Shown here piece by piece: positions 46,601-58,290 of a DNA stretch of 64,000 nucleotides. Below the pieces are notes generated by a model. The model did no database searches and was not told the DNA's origin. It saw nothing but the letters and a program-made list of their open reading frames with translations. The DNA lies in assembly GCA_002269645.1 (NCBI GenBank), contig NIVC01000672.1:1-64000 (forward strand), read 5' to 3'. This DNA is from Macrostomum lignano. Lineage: Eukaryota. Every line of letters begins with the position of its first letter. The stretch's first letter is position 1. A program made the translations under genes and the position numbers.

Positions 46601-49175
46601 CGCCTATGGGTGACCCCCAAACAGACGGCCCGGACGCCCCTTTCGAGATCGACGAGCTCCGCGCCGCTATCCGATGTCTCAAATCAGGGAAGGCTGTGGG
46701 AACCGACGGTGTCTCCAACGAGATGCTTAAACGCCTCCCGCCGGCCGCTGACAAAGCCTTACTCAGCCTCATCAACCGCACCTGGCGGGAGGGCAAAACA
46801 CCGACCAGCTGGCGAATTGGCACTATTATACCGATCCAGAAAAAAGGGAAAGACGCCGCATCACCGGATAACTACCGCCCCGTCGCACTTACCAGCTGCA
46901 TCGCCAAGTGCGCGGAGCGCATGGTTCTGGCTCGTCTTAATTATGATCTGGAGAGCCGTGGCGGCCTCACGCCCACTCAAGCTGGTTTTCGTCGCGGTCG
47001 TAGCACCGAGGAACAGCTCGCGCGAGTCTGCCAAGCCATCTTTGACGGCCTCGAGAGTCTACCGGCGCTACGCAGCATCCTCTGCCTCCTCGACTTCTGC
47101 CGAGCGTATGACAGAGTCTGGCGCCTGGCCCTGTATGCCAAAATGCACCGCATGGGCATCCCCAAGCGCATCATCCGCTGGATCCGCGGCTTCCTGTCGG
47201 ACCGTCACAACGCAGTCCGCTGGGTTAACGCCACGAGCCGCAACAGAGTCTTCCGCGAAGGTCTGCCACAGGGCAGTGTGCTAGCGCCCACGCTGTGGAA
47301 TATCTATGTCAACGATTTAGCCCAAGCAGTCGCCGAGGCGAACCCTTTGGTTAGCCTCAGTCTCTACGCCGATGACTCGGCCTTACTGGCGACCGCTCGC
47401 ACACTCGACATCTGTGCCAGAGAACTCCAACCAGCCCTGGATGCAGTGGCCGACTGGTGCCGAGATTGGAAAGTCTCCATTAGCACTGGGAAATGCTGCT
47501 ACTCCACCTTCACTCTAGCGGCAAATGAAAACAACGGCAAACGGAGAGTGAACCTCCAGATCAACGGCGACAAGCTTGCCTTCGATCCAACACCGACCTT
47601 CCTGGGACTCACTCTTGACGACAGCCTAAGTTTCAGCCACCATGCATCAAAGATCCGTAAAAAGATGGCCGCCCGCAGAAGACCTCTCACTGCCCTCGCT
47701 ACCAGATCGGCCGGTGCGGACAGTCAGATCCTCCGCATGGCTTACATCGCCACCGTTCGCTCTGCTGCCGACTACGCGTGCGGGGTCTGGGGGTCTTTCA
47801 CTGCAGCCAGCTCTAAGCTGCTGATCGACCGCCAACAGCACAGCTGTGCGCGGATCATCACTGGGTGCCTCCAACTTACTCACATCCGGGACCTGCTTGC
47901 GGTGGCGAACCTGTCGCCCTTCAGCCACCTGGTGCTACAACGTAGTGCGACGCTCAGAGAAAGAATCCTACGTCTCCCGCAGGACACTCCAGCACTTCAG
48001 GTCGCCAAAATGGACACCCGACCACGACTGAAGAATCGAGCCTTTGAGAGCCACCAGAGAACACCGAGAGACCCAAAGGACATCGTCACCGTCCTCCACG
48101 ACTACCAGCGAGAACACCGTGGTTGCTGGCGCCGCGTTAGCCAAGAGCTCGACAGACAGGGGCTGCTCAACGGCCCCACCAGGGAGCCCGCTCCGCAGCT
48201 CCAGCCGCCGTGGACGGCCCACGAAGCGATCACCTTCGACCTCAGTTTGGCTACGCAGTGCAGCCGCAGCCAGCCCCAGAGCCTCCGCAGCGATACTGCA
48301 CTGAGGTACCTCGAGGAGCGCGGCTCCCACCCGGTCAGCGTTTGGACTGACGGCTCGGCCGCCGGCGGCACATCGGACGGCACCAGCGCAGCGGTGATCA
48401 TCACCCCATGCTGGGGTCGGGTCGTCACCAGCGCTGCAGGGAACATCTGCAGCAGCACCCAGGCGGAACTTCAAGCCATACTGCTTGCCATCCAGAATAC
48501 CAGAGAGCATCAATGTATCGACATCTTCACTGACTCCCAGGCGGCCATTTACAACATCATGGCGAGCCAGCGCAGCAACAGCAGAATCGTCTCCGAAATT
48601 TGGAACCAGAGTAGCGATCACTCCATCCGCATCACCTGGATACCGGCTCACTGCGGCATCCCCATGAACGAACGCGCAGATAGGGCGGCAAGACTGGCGA
48701 CCGCAGATCAGAGCGACCATGGTGTCCCCATCATGGCAGCCAGCGCTTACCTCTGCCGGGAAAGACGTGATCTAGACCTCGAGCTTTGGGGCCGTAAGGC
48801 GCCATGGCCAAGACTCCCAACCTTGCCGAGGAAATTTGAGGTCCTGGTCAACCAGCTCCGCGCCGGCTGCAGCAACCTTGCCGCCGCCACTAGACTCCGA
48901 CTCGGCCTGTCCGACTCCGACGTGTGCCCGGACTGCGGAGCTCGCGACACCGAGCAGCACATTCTTTTCGACTGCCCACGTGGGTTCGCGGCCCGCCCCG
49001 GCGAACAAGACGCACTCCTGGTTGACGCGAGCCTCACCATCAACCTTCTTCGCAGGCTGGGGCGCATCTAGCGCCCCCGTCTCTTGCAGCTCAGCTGACA
49101 TCGAGACGTGCGGTGCAGAGAGAGAGAGAGAGAGAGCAGGTGCAGCAGCTGCAGCAACAGCAACAGCGACCCTAA
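43616..49175 (+). CDS. TRAF-like copy B, interrupted in its last exon by a LINE and fused in frame to the LINE ORF (predicted 1786 aa)
   Basis: Exon 43616-44429, intron 44430-44524, exon from 44525 open to TAG at 49069-49071. The orphaned host tail CAG GTG CAG...CGA CCC TAA lies at 49137-49175. TATA at 43540. Confidence 0.82.
44786..44840 (+). ncRNA. Predicted HDV/CPEB3-like self-cleaving ribozyme at the LINE 5' end
   Basis: P1 GGGGGC/GCCCCT with G1-U wobble; P3 ACC/GGT; L3 TTCAAGA; P1.1 C44806-G44820; short P4 TT-CTT-AA; J4/2 CTAA (C44828); P2 TACGGCCG/CGG(A)CCGTA. Folded by hand. Confidence 0.72.
44786..49134 (+). mobile_element. Full-length single-ORF non-LTR retrotransposon (APE-RT-RNase H-CCHC; Ingi-like, I group)
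   Basis: TSD AGCAGGTGCAGC at 44774-44785 and 49135-49146; (AG)10 tail. APE QFNCNG/LQETK/GDYNAH/SPDVT/GSDHLPI; RT NYRPVAL/QAGFR/LDFCRAYD/GLPQGSVLAP/LYADD (47365-47376); RNase H WTDGS/QAEL/FTDSQ/WIPAH/NERAD; terminal CPDC...HILFDC. No stop or frameshift. Confidence 0.93.
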
Positions 49176-50255
49176 TTTAGCTGTCCTAGTGATCTCACCT
49201 GGACTTTTTCACCTGGAATTCGGTGTAGCTCACATTTTGATATTCTCTCGCTGAACAGCATCTGTGGGATGGTTGCTGTATTCATGCTTACCTGCTGGTG
49301 CTGGCGCTCCACTTATTTTTAGAACTCTGATATTCGTTGTTAATTTTTGTAGGAACAAAATTTAACTGTCTTTTTCTTTGTTTGCTGCGCATTTCTCCTG
49401 GTTTCCACTTACTCACCCGGTGCTTTTTTGGGTTCCACCCTGGTGACTCTTTTGTGGTTTTCCGCCTTCTTATACTCGTAGCGTTGGATACAATCGAAAT
49501 GTCTGTAAAGCGTGCTTTATATAATTCTGAGTAGATGCTACTACACGGTTGGCATAGAATTCTTTACTACTCAAGTGAAGAAATGAAGAAATCTGTATGA
49601 AAAGTCTTGTTTTATTTTTACTTTGTTACTTTTTATAGCGCTGCATCGTATTTAACCGAGGCACTTAGCTTAACACTAAGTGGAAACTTCACAGGCAAGA
49701 TATATTGTGCCTAATTTCAGTTAAGCCACAAACTGTTCACTTGGTTTTTTCGGTTTATTTAAAAAGAACAGGAAACGAGTATATAAAACATAGGATTAAC
49801 AGACTAATTGTATGCAGCGTTAGTCAGAGACATTGAGTATGTTGCAATAGTCAAGTTACATTGAGACAGTTCACTCTTTCGGATTGAAGACAAACGAACA
49901 GTTCTTGAACTCGCATCCGGTTCCATGGAAGTTGGTCAGCGGTGCTACTTTTCAACTTGGCAAATCGGGCAATCGGTCTCCATGCTCAAACATCGGCATG
50001 GCATGGCGATTGGCATGATCAGCAAGATTGTCTTGTTCAGGAAGTCTAAATGAACCTCAGTAGCTGGTCATCGTTGGCTTCATTCCGTTCTCGCATGCTA
50101 AGATCGCTGAGAAAACTGACCTCACAGCCGGATAAGCCGTCAATGGAGTCAGTTGGAAGATTTGCCCAGTTAATCATGATATCTTTAAGTCTATTCTTGC
50201 ATTCCAATTAATTCATGATGACGATGCTGGTGCCCGTGCTATAGATTAAAGAGCA

Positions 50256-50289
<34 letters not shown>

Positions 50290-50334
50290 TAGGAGTCAGG
50301 AGTCAGGAGTTACGAGTCAGGAGTCAGGAGTTAC

Positions 50335-50373
<39 letters not shown>

Positions 50374-50593
50374 TACGAGTCAGGAGTCAGGAGTTACGAG
50401 TCAGGAGTCAGGAAACAGGAGTCAGGAGTCAGGAGTTAGGAGTCAGGAGTTAGGAGTCAGGAGTCAGGAGTTACGAGTCAGGAGTCAGGAGTCAGGAGTT
50501 AGGAGTCAGGAGTCAGGAGTCAGGAGTTACGAGTCAGGAGTTAGGAGTCAGGAGTCAGGAGTCAGGAGTTAGGAGTCAGGAGTCAGGAGTTAC

Positions 50594-50625
<32 letters not shown>

Positions 50626-50674
50626 TACGAGTCAGGAGTCAGGAGTTAGGAGTTAGGAGTCAGGAGTCAGGAGT

Positions 50675-50709
<35 letters not shown>

Positions 50710-50779
50710 TAGGAGTCAGGAGTTAGGAGTCAGGAGTTAGGAGTCAGGAGTCAGGAGTTACGAGTCAGGAGTCAGGAGT

Positions 50780-50814
<35 letters not shown>

Positions 50815-50912
50815 TACGAGTCAGGAGTTAGGAGTCAGGAGTCAGGAGTTACGAGTCAGGAGTCAGGAGTCAGGAGTTAGGAGTCAGGAGTCAGGAGTCA
50901 GGAGTTAGGAGT

Positions 50913-50947
<35 letters not shown>

Positions 50948-51073
50948 TAGGAGTCAGGGGTTAGGAGTCAGGAGTCAGGAGTCAGGAGTTAGGAGTCAGG
51001 TGTCAGGAGTCAGGAGTCAGGAGTCAGGAGTTAGGAGTCAGGAGTCAGGAATCAGGAGTTAGGAGTCAGGAGT
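50256..51073. repeat. Heptamer satellite (AGGAGTC/AGGAGTT/ACGAGTC)n, about 115 units
   Basis: About 820 bp of 7-bp tandem units. Confidence 0.97.
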
Positions 51074-52305
51074 GCTCCTAGCAAGGAGTAAATCGATTTT
51101 GAGTGCTATAGCTAGTTCAAGAACCAATAGTTTTGGAGTTGGCTAGGAGTTGTTCGATGGAGTGCAGCATGGGAGTGAGGAGGAATTCTAAGGAGTGTAA
51201 GGTGATTGGCTAGGGAGTCCTGCCAATCTGCGTGCGATATTTAACTCTTAAATGTACGCGCCTAGGAGTAATTCTAGGAGTAATTCAACAATGCAAGTGG
51301 TTGCGGCCCAAAAAGATGTACTTTTCGGTGCTTTCTCGCCTGCTATTACTAAAACCTGCTGCTCGGCACTAAAAGCACAGCTGCCAACGAGTCCGGCTTC
51401 AAATTCGATTCGTCCGGATAGTGAGTTGTTTCGCATTGAGCCGAAATCGTGACACAGTATGAAACTGTTCTAAAAAGTTTATCCTTTGCTTAGATTTCCT
51501 GGGTCGTCGGTCGTTGGTTGGTCGAGCCGAGTCCGAGCCGAGGTTGCTGCCCGAAAACATGATAAAATGACACTCTTACTAACCTAAGAGTAAGATTTGG
51601 TCCTTGGAGTTAGGACACTCGCTTGGATTTATGATTTAGGAGTATTCTACAGCAAAGGCCCCTGTATGCTGTGGACGCTCTTCTTAACTGTTCTTACAGA
51701 CTGCACTTGTTTTCTTTTGTCTATGGTATTTTCTTTCCGGTTGCGTCTCTTTACTTTCTTAACTCTGGTGTTGTCTGTGCAAAGTTCGTATTACACAATG
51801 ACATGCAATTGCCAAATGAGCAATTCTCTACCAAGGTATTGTGTCACAAGCTATTTTGTTAATGATTCTTTTTGAAAATTACACACAATAACACAATTAC
51901 GAGGTAATGCCTTATACACAGACCGCGTCTCGCAAAGCAATAGCCAATAGCTAAGGCGGAGTCAGTGGAGTCTTAAGGCACAGATTTCTTGTACAGTGTT
52001 TGCAAGAACAGAATAATTCATTGGGAAATTCCCTAAGCTTCCCATAAATGTACACACCATCTCTGGTCCAGTACAAGCGTATATGCGTGGTCGCTTCTAA
52101 AAATAGAACAGTTCCTTGTGGCCGTGCCATGGAATTTCCATTTCGGGCAAGCGCTATAAATAGATCGGCGACGCCGTACAGCCGAGTAAGAGAATCTAAT
52201 ATCCACCTAAAGATAGCGGGTACCACCGCATACCTAAGCAAAACAATTTAAACTCGACGCTCAAAACGAAAGCTAGTTGGATCAGCATCGCACCAAAAAA
52301 TTCAA

Positions 52306-53509
52306 ATGGCCTTTGAGCTGCCCCAGCGAGTGTCGGGAGCCCGGCCGGTCTCCGCTGTACCGGCCCATCTGCAGTGCAGCAGCTGCTCCAAGCCGCTCTT
52401 CAACGCCCGACAGACTCCGCACGGGTGCCGCCTGTGCCACGCCTGCGTCACCGGCCTGCTGCACGAGGTGGAGAAGCGGCCCTGTCCCGGACACACCGAG
52501 GCCTGCACACTCAGAGACCACCACTCGGAGGAGGACGCTGGCGGCGGTGGCAGCGGCGGCGAGGTCGAGGTGAGCCAGGCTACCTGCTTTCCCGACATGG
52601 CGACGAGACGCGAGGTCGCCAAGCTGCGAGTCCGCTGTCCGAACTGCGACGCCGGCTGCTCTGTCCAACTCGAATGGGCTCGCATGGACCAGCATGTGCA
52701 ACAGAGCTGCGACTGGCACTCACTCCGCTGTGAGCAGTGCAAAGAGCTCATCCTGAAGAAGGACATGCAGCGACACACCAGCAGCGAGTGTCGCCACAGG
52801 AAGGAGACCTGCGACCTGTGCTCTCAGCTGGTCACACACAGCGAGATGGAGACCAGTCACAGGAATCTGCAGTCCGATGTGTGCTGTCCGAGATTCTCAG
52901 CTCGCTGTCCTCACTGCTCGGAGCGGAGCACACCGATGGACAGGCGGGGATATGTTGCTCACCTGTCGGAGTGTCCCGAGAGACCGGTAGAGTGCAAGTA
53001 CTCTCACCTGGGCTGCAGGGCGATGGTGCGCAGGTCCGATCTGGAGAGGCACTACAGGGAAAGCGTGGACTCTCACCTTGAGCTCATGGACTCGAAACTC
53101 AAGCAGGCAGCGATAGCTCAGCAGAGTCCTGGTGAGATTTGCTTTCGAAGTGATGCGTCATGCAGAGGCTGCCATATTCAGATTTGGAATCACATTTGAC
53201 AATTTTACAATCATTCATTCGCCAGCCGCCGCAGCTACCACCGGCACCGCCGACGGTGGCGAGGTGGCCGACGTGAAGCGGCGAGTCGGCAGCGTCTTCG
53301 AGCAGTTCAAGAAGCTGCAGGTCAACGTGGCGAACTGGGCTCACAGCACCATGGAGCTCGAGCAGCTGGCTGACAGGTTCGGAGGCGTCTCGCAGCTGCG
53401 GACTCTGCTGAGCGGACTGGACGAGCGGACGAGGAGCGTCGAGCAGCTGCAGCAGCAGGTGCAGCAGCTCCAGCAGCAGGTGCAGCAGCTGCAACAACCA
53501 AGGGCATGA
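52306..53509 (+). CDS. TRAF-like copy C, 369 aa
   Basis: Exons 52306-53131 and 53226-53509; same domains as copy A; N-terminus MAFELPQ; TATAAATA at 52155. Confidence 0.85.
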
Positions 53510-54067
53510 GCCACTGACAGCCTGCTTCTTTTGAAGTACTGAGGCCAAGAGGTTTGATGCTAGAGAATAGAAAATCTGAAAAAGTATTCTCAATAAAAGT
53601 ATCTTTCAGAACTTAATATTATTGTTATTCTGCCATGCGCATTAGCGTTAGGAGGTGCAAAATTTGTCTCGAGCTTCAGTTTTCTCTTTCTGATAACTTG
53701 TGTCAAAATTCTTTAAGCGATTTTTGCCTATACCGGTATTGTCAAAAACTTTCTACCTTCTCCATGCGTTTCGCTGGCATTTGAAGCCTATTCTGATTAA
53801 GTTTTTTTTCAGTGTTTTGCAGCATTAATTGATAAATTTTTGGCAACTTGAACTTTTTATTTGACGACTAGCTTGCAATTTTATCCGATTGAGTTTAACA
53901 TTTAATCCATATGTAAATCATGGATTACACCGTAATAAATAATTCTCGATATAACCGATTTTTTACGTAAACATTAATGTATTTGAAATTTGATGCTTTA
54001 AATATATTGTTTCATTTTTGTGCTTTAACCAAGTTATGGCTTTGATTTGGGAGTCTTTGGGACTCCT

Positions 54068-54445
54068 GCTGATGTACCTGTGAGGTGTGCTGATGTACCT
54101 GTGAGGTGTGCTGATGTACCTGTGAGGTGTGCTGATGTACCTGTGAGGTGTGCTGATGTACCTGTGAGGTGTGCTGATGTACCTGTGAGGTGTGCTGATG
54201 TACCTGTGAGGTGTGCTGATGTACCTGTGAGGTGTGCTGATGTACCTGTGAGGTGTGCTGATGTACCTGTGAGGTGTGCTGATGTACCTGTGAGGTGTGC
54301 TGATGTACCTGTGAGGTGTGCTGATGTACCTGTGAGGTGTGCTGATGTACCTGTGAGGTGTGCTGATGTACCTGTGAGGTGTGCTGATGTACCTGTGAGG
54401 TGTGCTGATGTACCTGTGAGGTGTGCTGATGTACCTGTGAGGTGT
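54068..54445. repeat. Perfect 21-bp minisatellite (GCTGATGTACCTGTGAGGTGT) x18
   Basis: 378 bp with no variant units seen; lies between convergent copies C and D. Confidence 0.97.
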
Positions 54446-54604
54446 GCCGATGTTTAAAATTAGATTTCAATCTGGATATAACTTTATTGAATTTTCAAAT
54501 ATACTCGTACTTATGCAAAGTTTGAGATGCGAAGAAGACTCTCAAATCTCAAATCAGTGATTCTGTAGAGTCCAAAAGCGCTCCAAGCCGTGTCTGAGCG
54601 CAGG

Positions 54605-55957
54605 TCAGGCCCGATACGAGCTTGAAGGCTGCGCGGCCTGCAGCTGTTGCACTTGGTGCTGAAGCTGCTGCACCTGCTGCTGCAGCTGTTCAAACTGCCT
54701 TGTGCGCTCATCGAACAATCTGAGCAGGGTTTGCAACTGTGAGATGCCTCCCAAAGACTCAACCAACTTCTCAAACATGACGGTCCTGTGAGCCCAGTCG
54801 GAAACGCCTTTCTGCAGCGCCTTGAACTTGCCGTAGATGTTGCCGACCTGCCGGTTCATGGCGGCCGCTTCGGGGATGTCAGCGGGCCGGACAGTCGGCT
54901 GCGCGACTGCGGCTGTGGAAGAGGAGGTTGGCAACGAACTTGTATGGGGCTTTCGAGTTACTAATTGGTTCTGCTGATCGCAGCTAGAAAAGCAGCTATT
55001 GTATCTGCTACTCTGGTAGTGATAAAATTATGATTCATTAAGCGCAGCTTTGTAACACAACACTTTTTGTTATTTACTAGTAATTTCGAAAATAGCAACA
55101 AAAAACTGTCAAACTACTTCAACTAGCAGCTTAAAACTTACTATGGCTATTTTGAGCTATCGCTGCCTGCTTGAGTTTCGAGTCCATGAGCTCAAGGTGA
55201 GAGTCCATGCTCTCCCTGTAGTGCCTCTCCAGATCGGACCTGCGCACCATCGTCCTGCAGCCCAGGTGAGAGTACTTGCACTCTTCCGGTCTCTCGGACA
55301 CTCCGACAGGTGAGCAACATATCCCCGCCTGTCCATCGGTGTGCTCCGCTCCGAGCAGTGAGGACAGCGAGCTGAGAATCTCGGACAGCACACATCGGAC
55401 TGCAGATTCCTGTGACTGGTCTCCATCTCGCTGTGTGTGACCAGCTGAGAGCACAGGTCGCAGGTCTCCTTCCTGTGGCGACACTCGCTGCTGGTGTGTC
55501 GCTGCATGTCCTTCTTCAGGATGAGCTCTTTGCACTGCTCACAGCGGAGTGAGTGCCAGTCGCAGCTCTGTTGCACATGCTGGTCCATGCGAGCCCATTC
55601 GAGTTGGACAGAGCAGCCGGCGTCGCAGTTCGGACAGCGGACTCGCAGCTTGGCGACCTCGCGTCTCGTCGCCATGTCGGGAAAGCAGGTAGCCTGGCTC
55701 ACCTCGATCTCGACCTCGCCGCCGCCGTCCTCCTCCGAGTGGTGGTCTCTGAGTGTGCAGGCCTCGGTGTGTCCGGGACAGGGCCGCTTCTCCACCTCGT
55801 GCAGCAGGCCGGTGACGCAGGCGTGGCACAGGCGGCACCCGTGCGGAGTCTGTCGGGCGTTGAAGAGCGGCTTGGAGCAGCTGCTGCACTGCAGATGGGC
55901 CGGTACAGCGGAGACCGGCCGGGCTCCCGACACTCGCTGGGGCAGCTCAAAGGCCAT
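54605..55957 (-). pseudogene. TRAF-like copy D; 1-nt deletion near 55297 and a diverged coiled-coil exon
   Basis: Exon 55957-55142 is nearly identical to C/B but reads TGTCCGAG instead of TGTCCCGAG. Donor GTAAGT at 55141; probable exon 54960-54605 encodes RQVGNIYGKFKALQKGVSDWAHRTVMFEKL...QQQVQQLQ. Confidence 0.72.
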
Positions 55958-56299
55958 TTGAATTTTTTGTGCGATGCTGATCCAACTATTTTTCGTTTTG
56001 AGTGTCAAGCTTAAAACGGTTTGCTTGCATTTAGTTATGCGGTGGTACCCGCTATCTTTAGGTGGATATATGGACAGACAAACTATTTTAGTATATTAGA
56101 TTCTCTTTACTCGGTTGTACCGACTTCATGATTTATTGGGTAGTTCCCCGTTAGCGCTCCTACACTAATGGATGTCTTTGACTTTTGTAATTAGGTACGT
56201 CGCCTTTGTACAATAGCTTACATGTTTTGTGGTTCTCTTACTCCGTAGCCCCTTCAAGTAAAAAGTAAAATAGATCTCTTTTGCAACGTGGAAAAGCTA

Positions 56300-57110
56300 G
56301 TGGTTGAAAATGAACTTATCTCAGAGCTGGTTCCGCCTGACTGATAGTTGTGTTGCTCTTTAAATTTAAATTTGACTTTGTCGGGTCGTGCAGCATCAGG
56401 GTGGCTAGGGGGAAGGCATCCCCCCGAAAGCGGCCCACCAGGGCCAGTCGGCTCAGGGGCGGTGCTTGCGATCGGGCCGCCAGCTGCTCGTTGCTCAGCA
56501 ACTCTGGGTAGCGGCATCCGAGAGAGTTGCGCAGCAGTCGATGGTACGGTACTAGGCGTTCAGAGCAGCAAAGCGGGTTGCTGTCGTGCGGACCGCCTCC
56601 AGCCGATAGAGCAGGATGGGCTCCACAGCTCTCCTGAACAGCAGAATATTAGTGTTGTTGCTGAGCGGAAAAACTGCCGAGTTGGTGGGAGGCACGCCAA
56701 GTCTGCTGCAGCCAGTCCTGAATGATGACACTGGGTCGCATGACCGGGACGCCGAGGTATTAAAGTCCTGGCAGGCGGCTCTTGTCTCCCCATTGGGCAG
56801 CGGCTGAGGCGGGGCAGTCTCAGTGCCCACATGGAGCACCTCGGTCTTTTTGGCGCTGATCTGCAAATCCACGCGGGCACCTCCTCGAAGAGCCGGTTTG
56901 TCGCTCTCTGTGCTGACTTTGGGCCGCAGCAGACAAGGGCTATGTCGTCAGCATAGGCCAGTCAGGAGGGTCAGACCTTAGAATGCCGCGAGCTGCGGCG
57001 CTGGGGATTACAAAGCCATCCTCTTCCTGCATAATCCCGCGGAGCACGCAGTCCATCAGCAGGCAGGACGAACAGCTCGAGGGAAAGGGGGTGTCGCCGG
57101 CGGCACGCCA
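56300..57110 (-). mobile_element. Degenerate RTE-type reverse transcriptase fragment
   Basis: GDT...LLMDCVLR, LAYADDIAL, LQISAKKTEVL and AVEPILLY in broken frames. Confidence 0.75.
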
Positions 57111-57333
57111 GAGCTAATTGGAAACTATGCAGTGAAAACGATTGAGGCAGGCTCGACTCGAATCTATGGTGTGAATCAGCTGCTTTTATTGGTGTGAATA
57201 ATACGTTCGTAAGTTTACCAAAAACATTGCACTGTGTAGTTTTGAGATATGCATTGTAATTGTAATTTCGTCTATTACAATTACAATTATTACAATTACA
57301 ATTTTGACTTTCACACTAACGGGAAGGGCTGGG

Positions 57334-57400
57334 GGGCCGTAGCCCAGCGGTAGCGCAGCTGCTCTGTTGTGCCGCGACCCAGGCTCGATTCCAAGTGCAC
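57334..57400 (+). mobile_element. tRNA-like Pol III head (probable SINE 5' end)
   Basis: A-box-like GTAGCCCAGCGGTAGCGC and B-box-like GGCTCGATTCC at tRNA spacing; stems do not close into a full cloverleaf. Confidence 0.4.
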
Positions 57401-58290
57401 TCACATTAATTTGGGGCTGAATTGGAATTTCGGCTTGGCTCGCTTGTGCAATTAACGGCCTTGAGAGCCAACCCCCCAAGGCGCAGTGAAGTGTACATGC
57501 CTAACAGTTGATAAAGTTAGGGCCGCTGTACACTCCTGTGTGAGTGTGTGCCTGCGTAACGTATCCGCGCGCTTGTATGCCTGCTCAGGGGAGTCGGCGG
57601 AATGGGCAGTAATGCCTCTCGCCGGTTATGCGCCTATGTCGCTTAAAGTGCGCCAGGGTGCACACAACCCCCCTGCCTCTAATAAAAAAAAATAAAAAAC
57701 GGGAAGAGCTTTAATGCTTCTTTTATGCCTTCGAATCGCCAATTGCATCAAGATGGGTGCAGCCGCTGGGTAGTGCGAGTGTTTTTCTGCTATTTTGGTC
57801 CAAACTTGCAATCAATGGCACCGCTCTTACAGGTCAGGACCGCCTCCTACGCAACTCATTGACAGAAGTGGCCACAGCCGCAAGACAAGCGACTGCAAAG
57901 GGGATTCTGTCAGGTAGGAGTTTGCAAGAGCGCAGTATTAGCAAATGCGAGTATGACGCAGTACTGCACCAGAACTTGGTGCGCGAACCAACAGGAACTG
58001 CAAACTGAGCAGGAGCAGCGCTCTGTTTGCAGTTCACGGGTTTGCGTCTCGTGTTTGCCCAGCCGCAGTTCGGGGAGCGGGAATTAAACTCATGGAATTA
58101 ATGGCCTGGGTTTCAGCACTTGTTTGCCAGATCGCTCCCAATTTGCTGATCAGCTAAAAGACACTACGGACCTACGCAACCAACCGATGAAAGCTGCCTC
58201 AATCATCTCTCACTGTCTACAGTTTCCATCCAGCTGATCAACCTGAGCTGATGCGGCACTGGGAATGCAAACATCAACCTGACTACGAAA

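Noticed and set aside
44935-48720. Antisense and alternative-frame ORFs over the LINE, P5CS, HOOK, TRAF and ENaC exons
   Set aside because: Shadow ORFs expected from GC-rich coding DNA; no motifs.
43616-49071. Claim that the TRAF-LINE fusion is a domesticated gene
   Set aside because: Perfect TSD, intact tail and intact retrotransposition domains point to a recent insertion; no evidence of selection is visible in one sequence.
50256-51073. Interstitial telomere
   Set aside because: The unit is a 7-mer (TCAGGAG/TTAGGAG), not TTAGGG.
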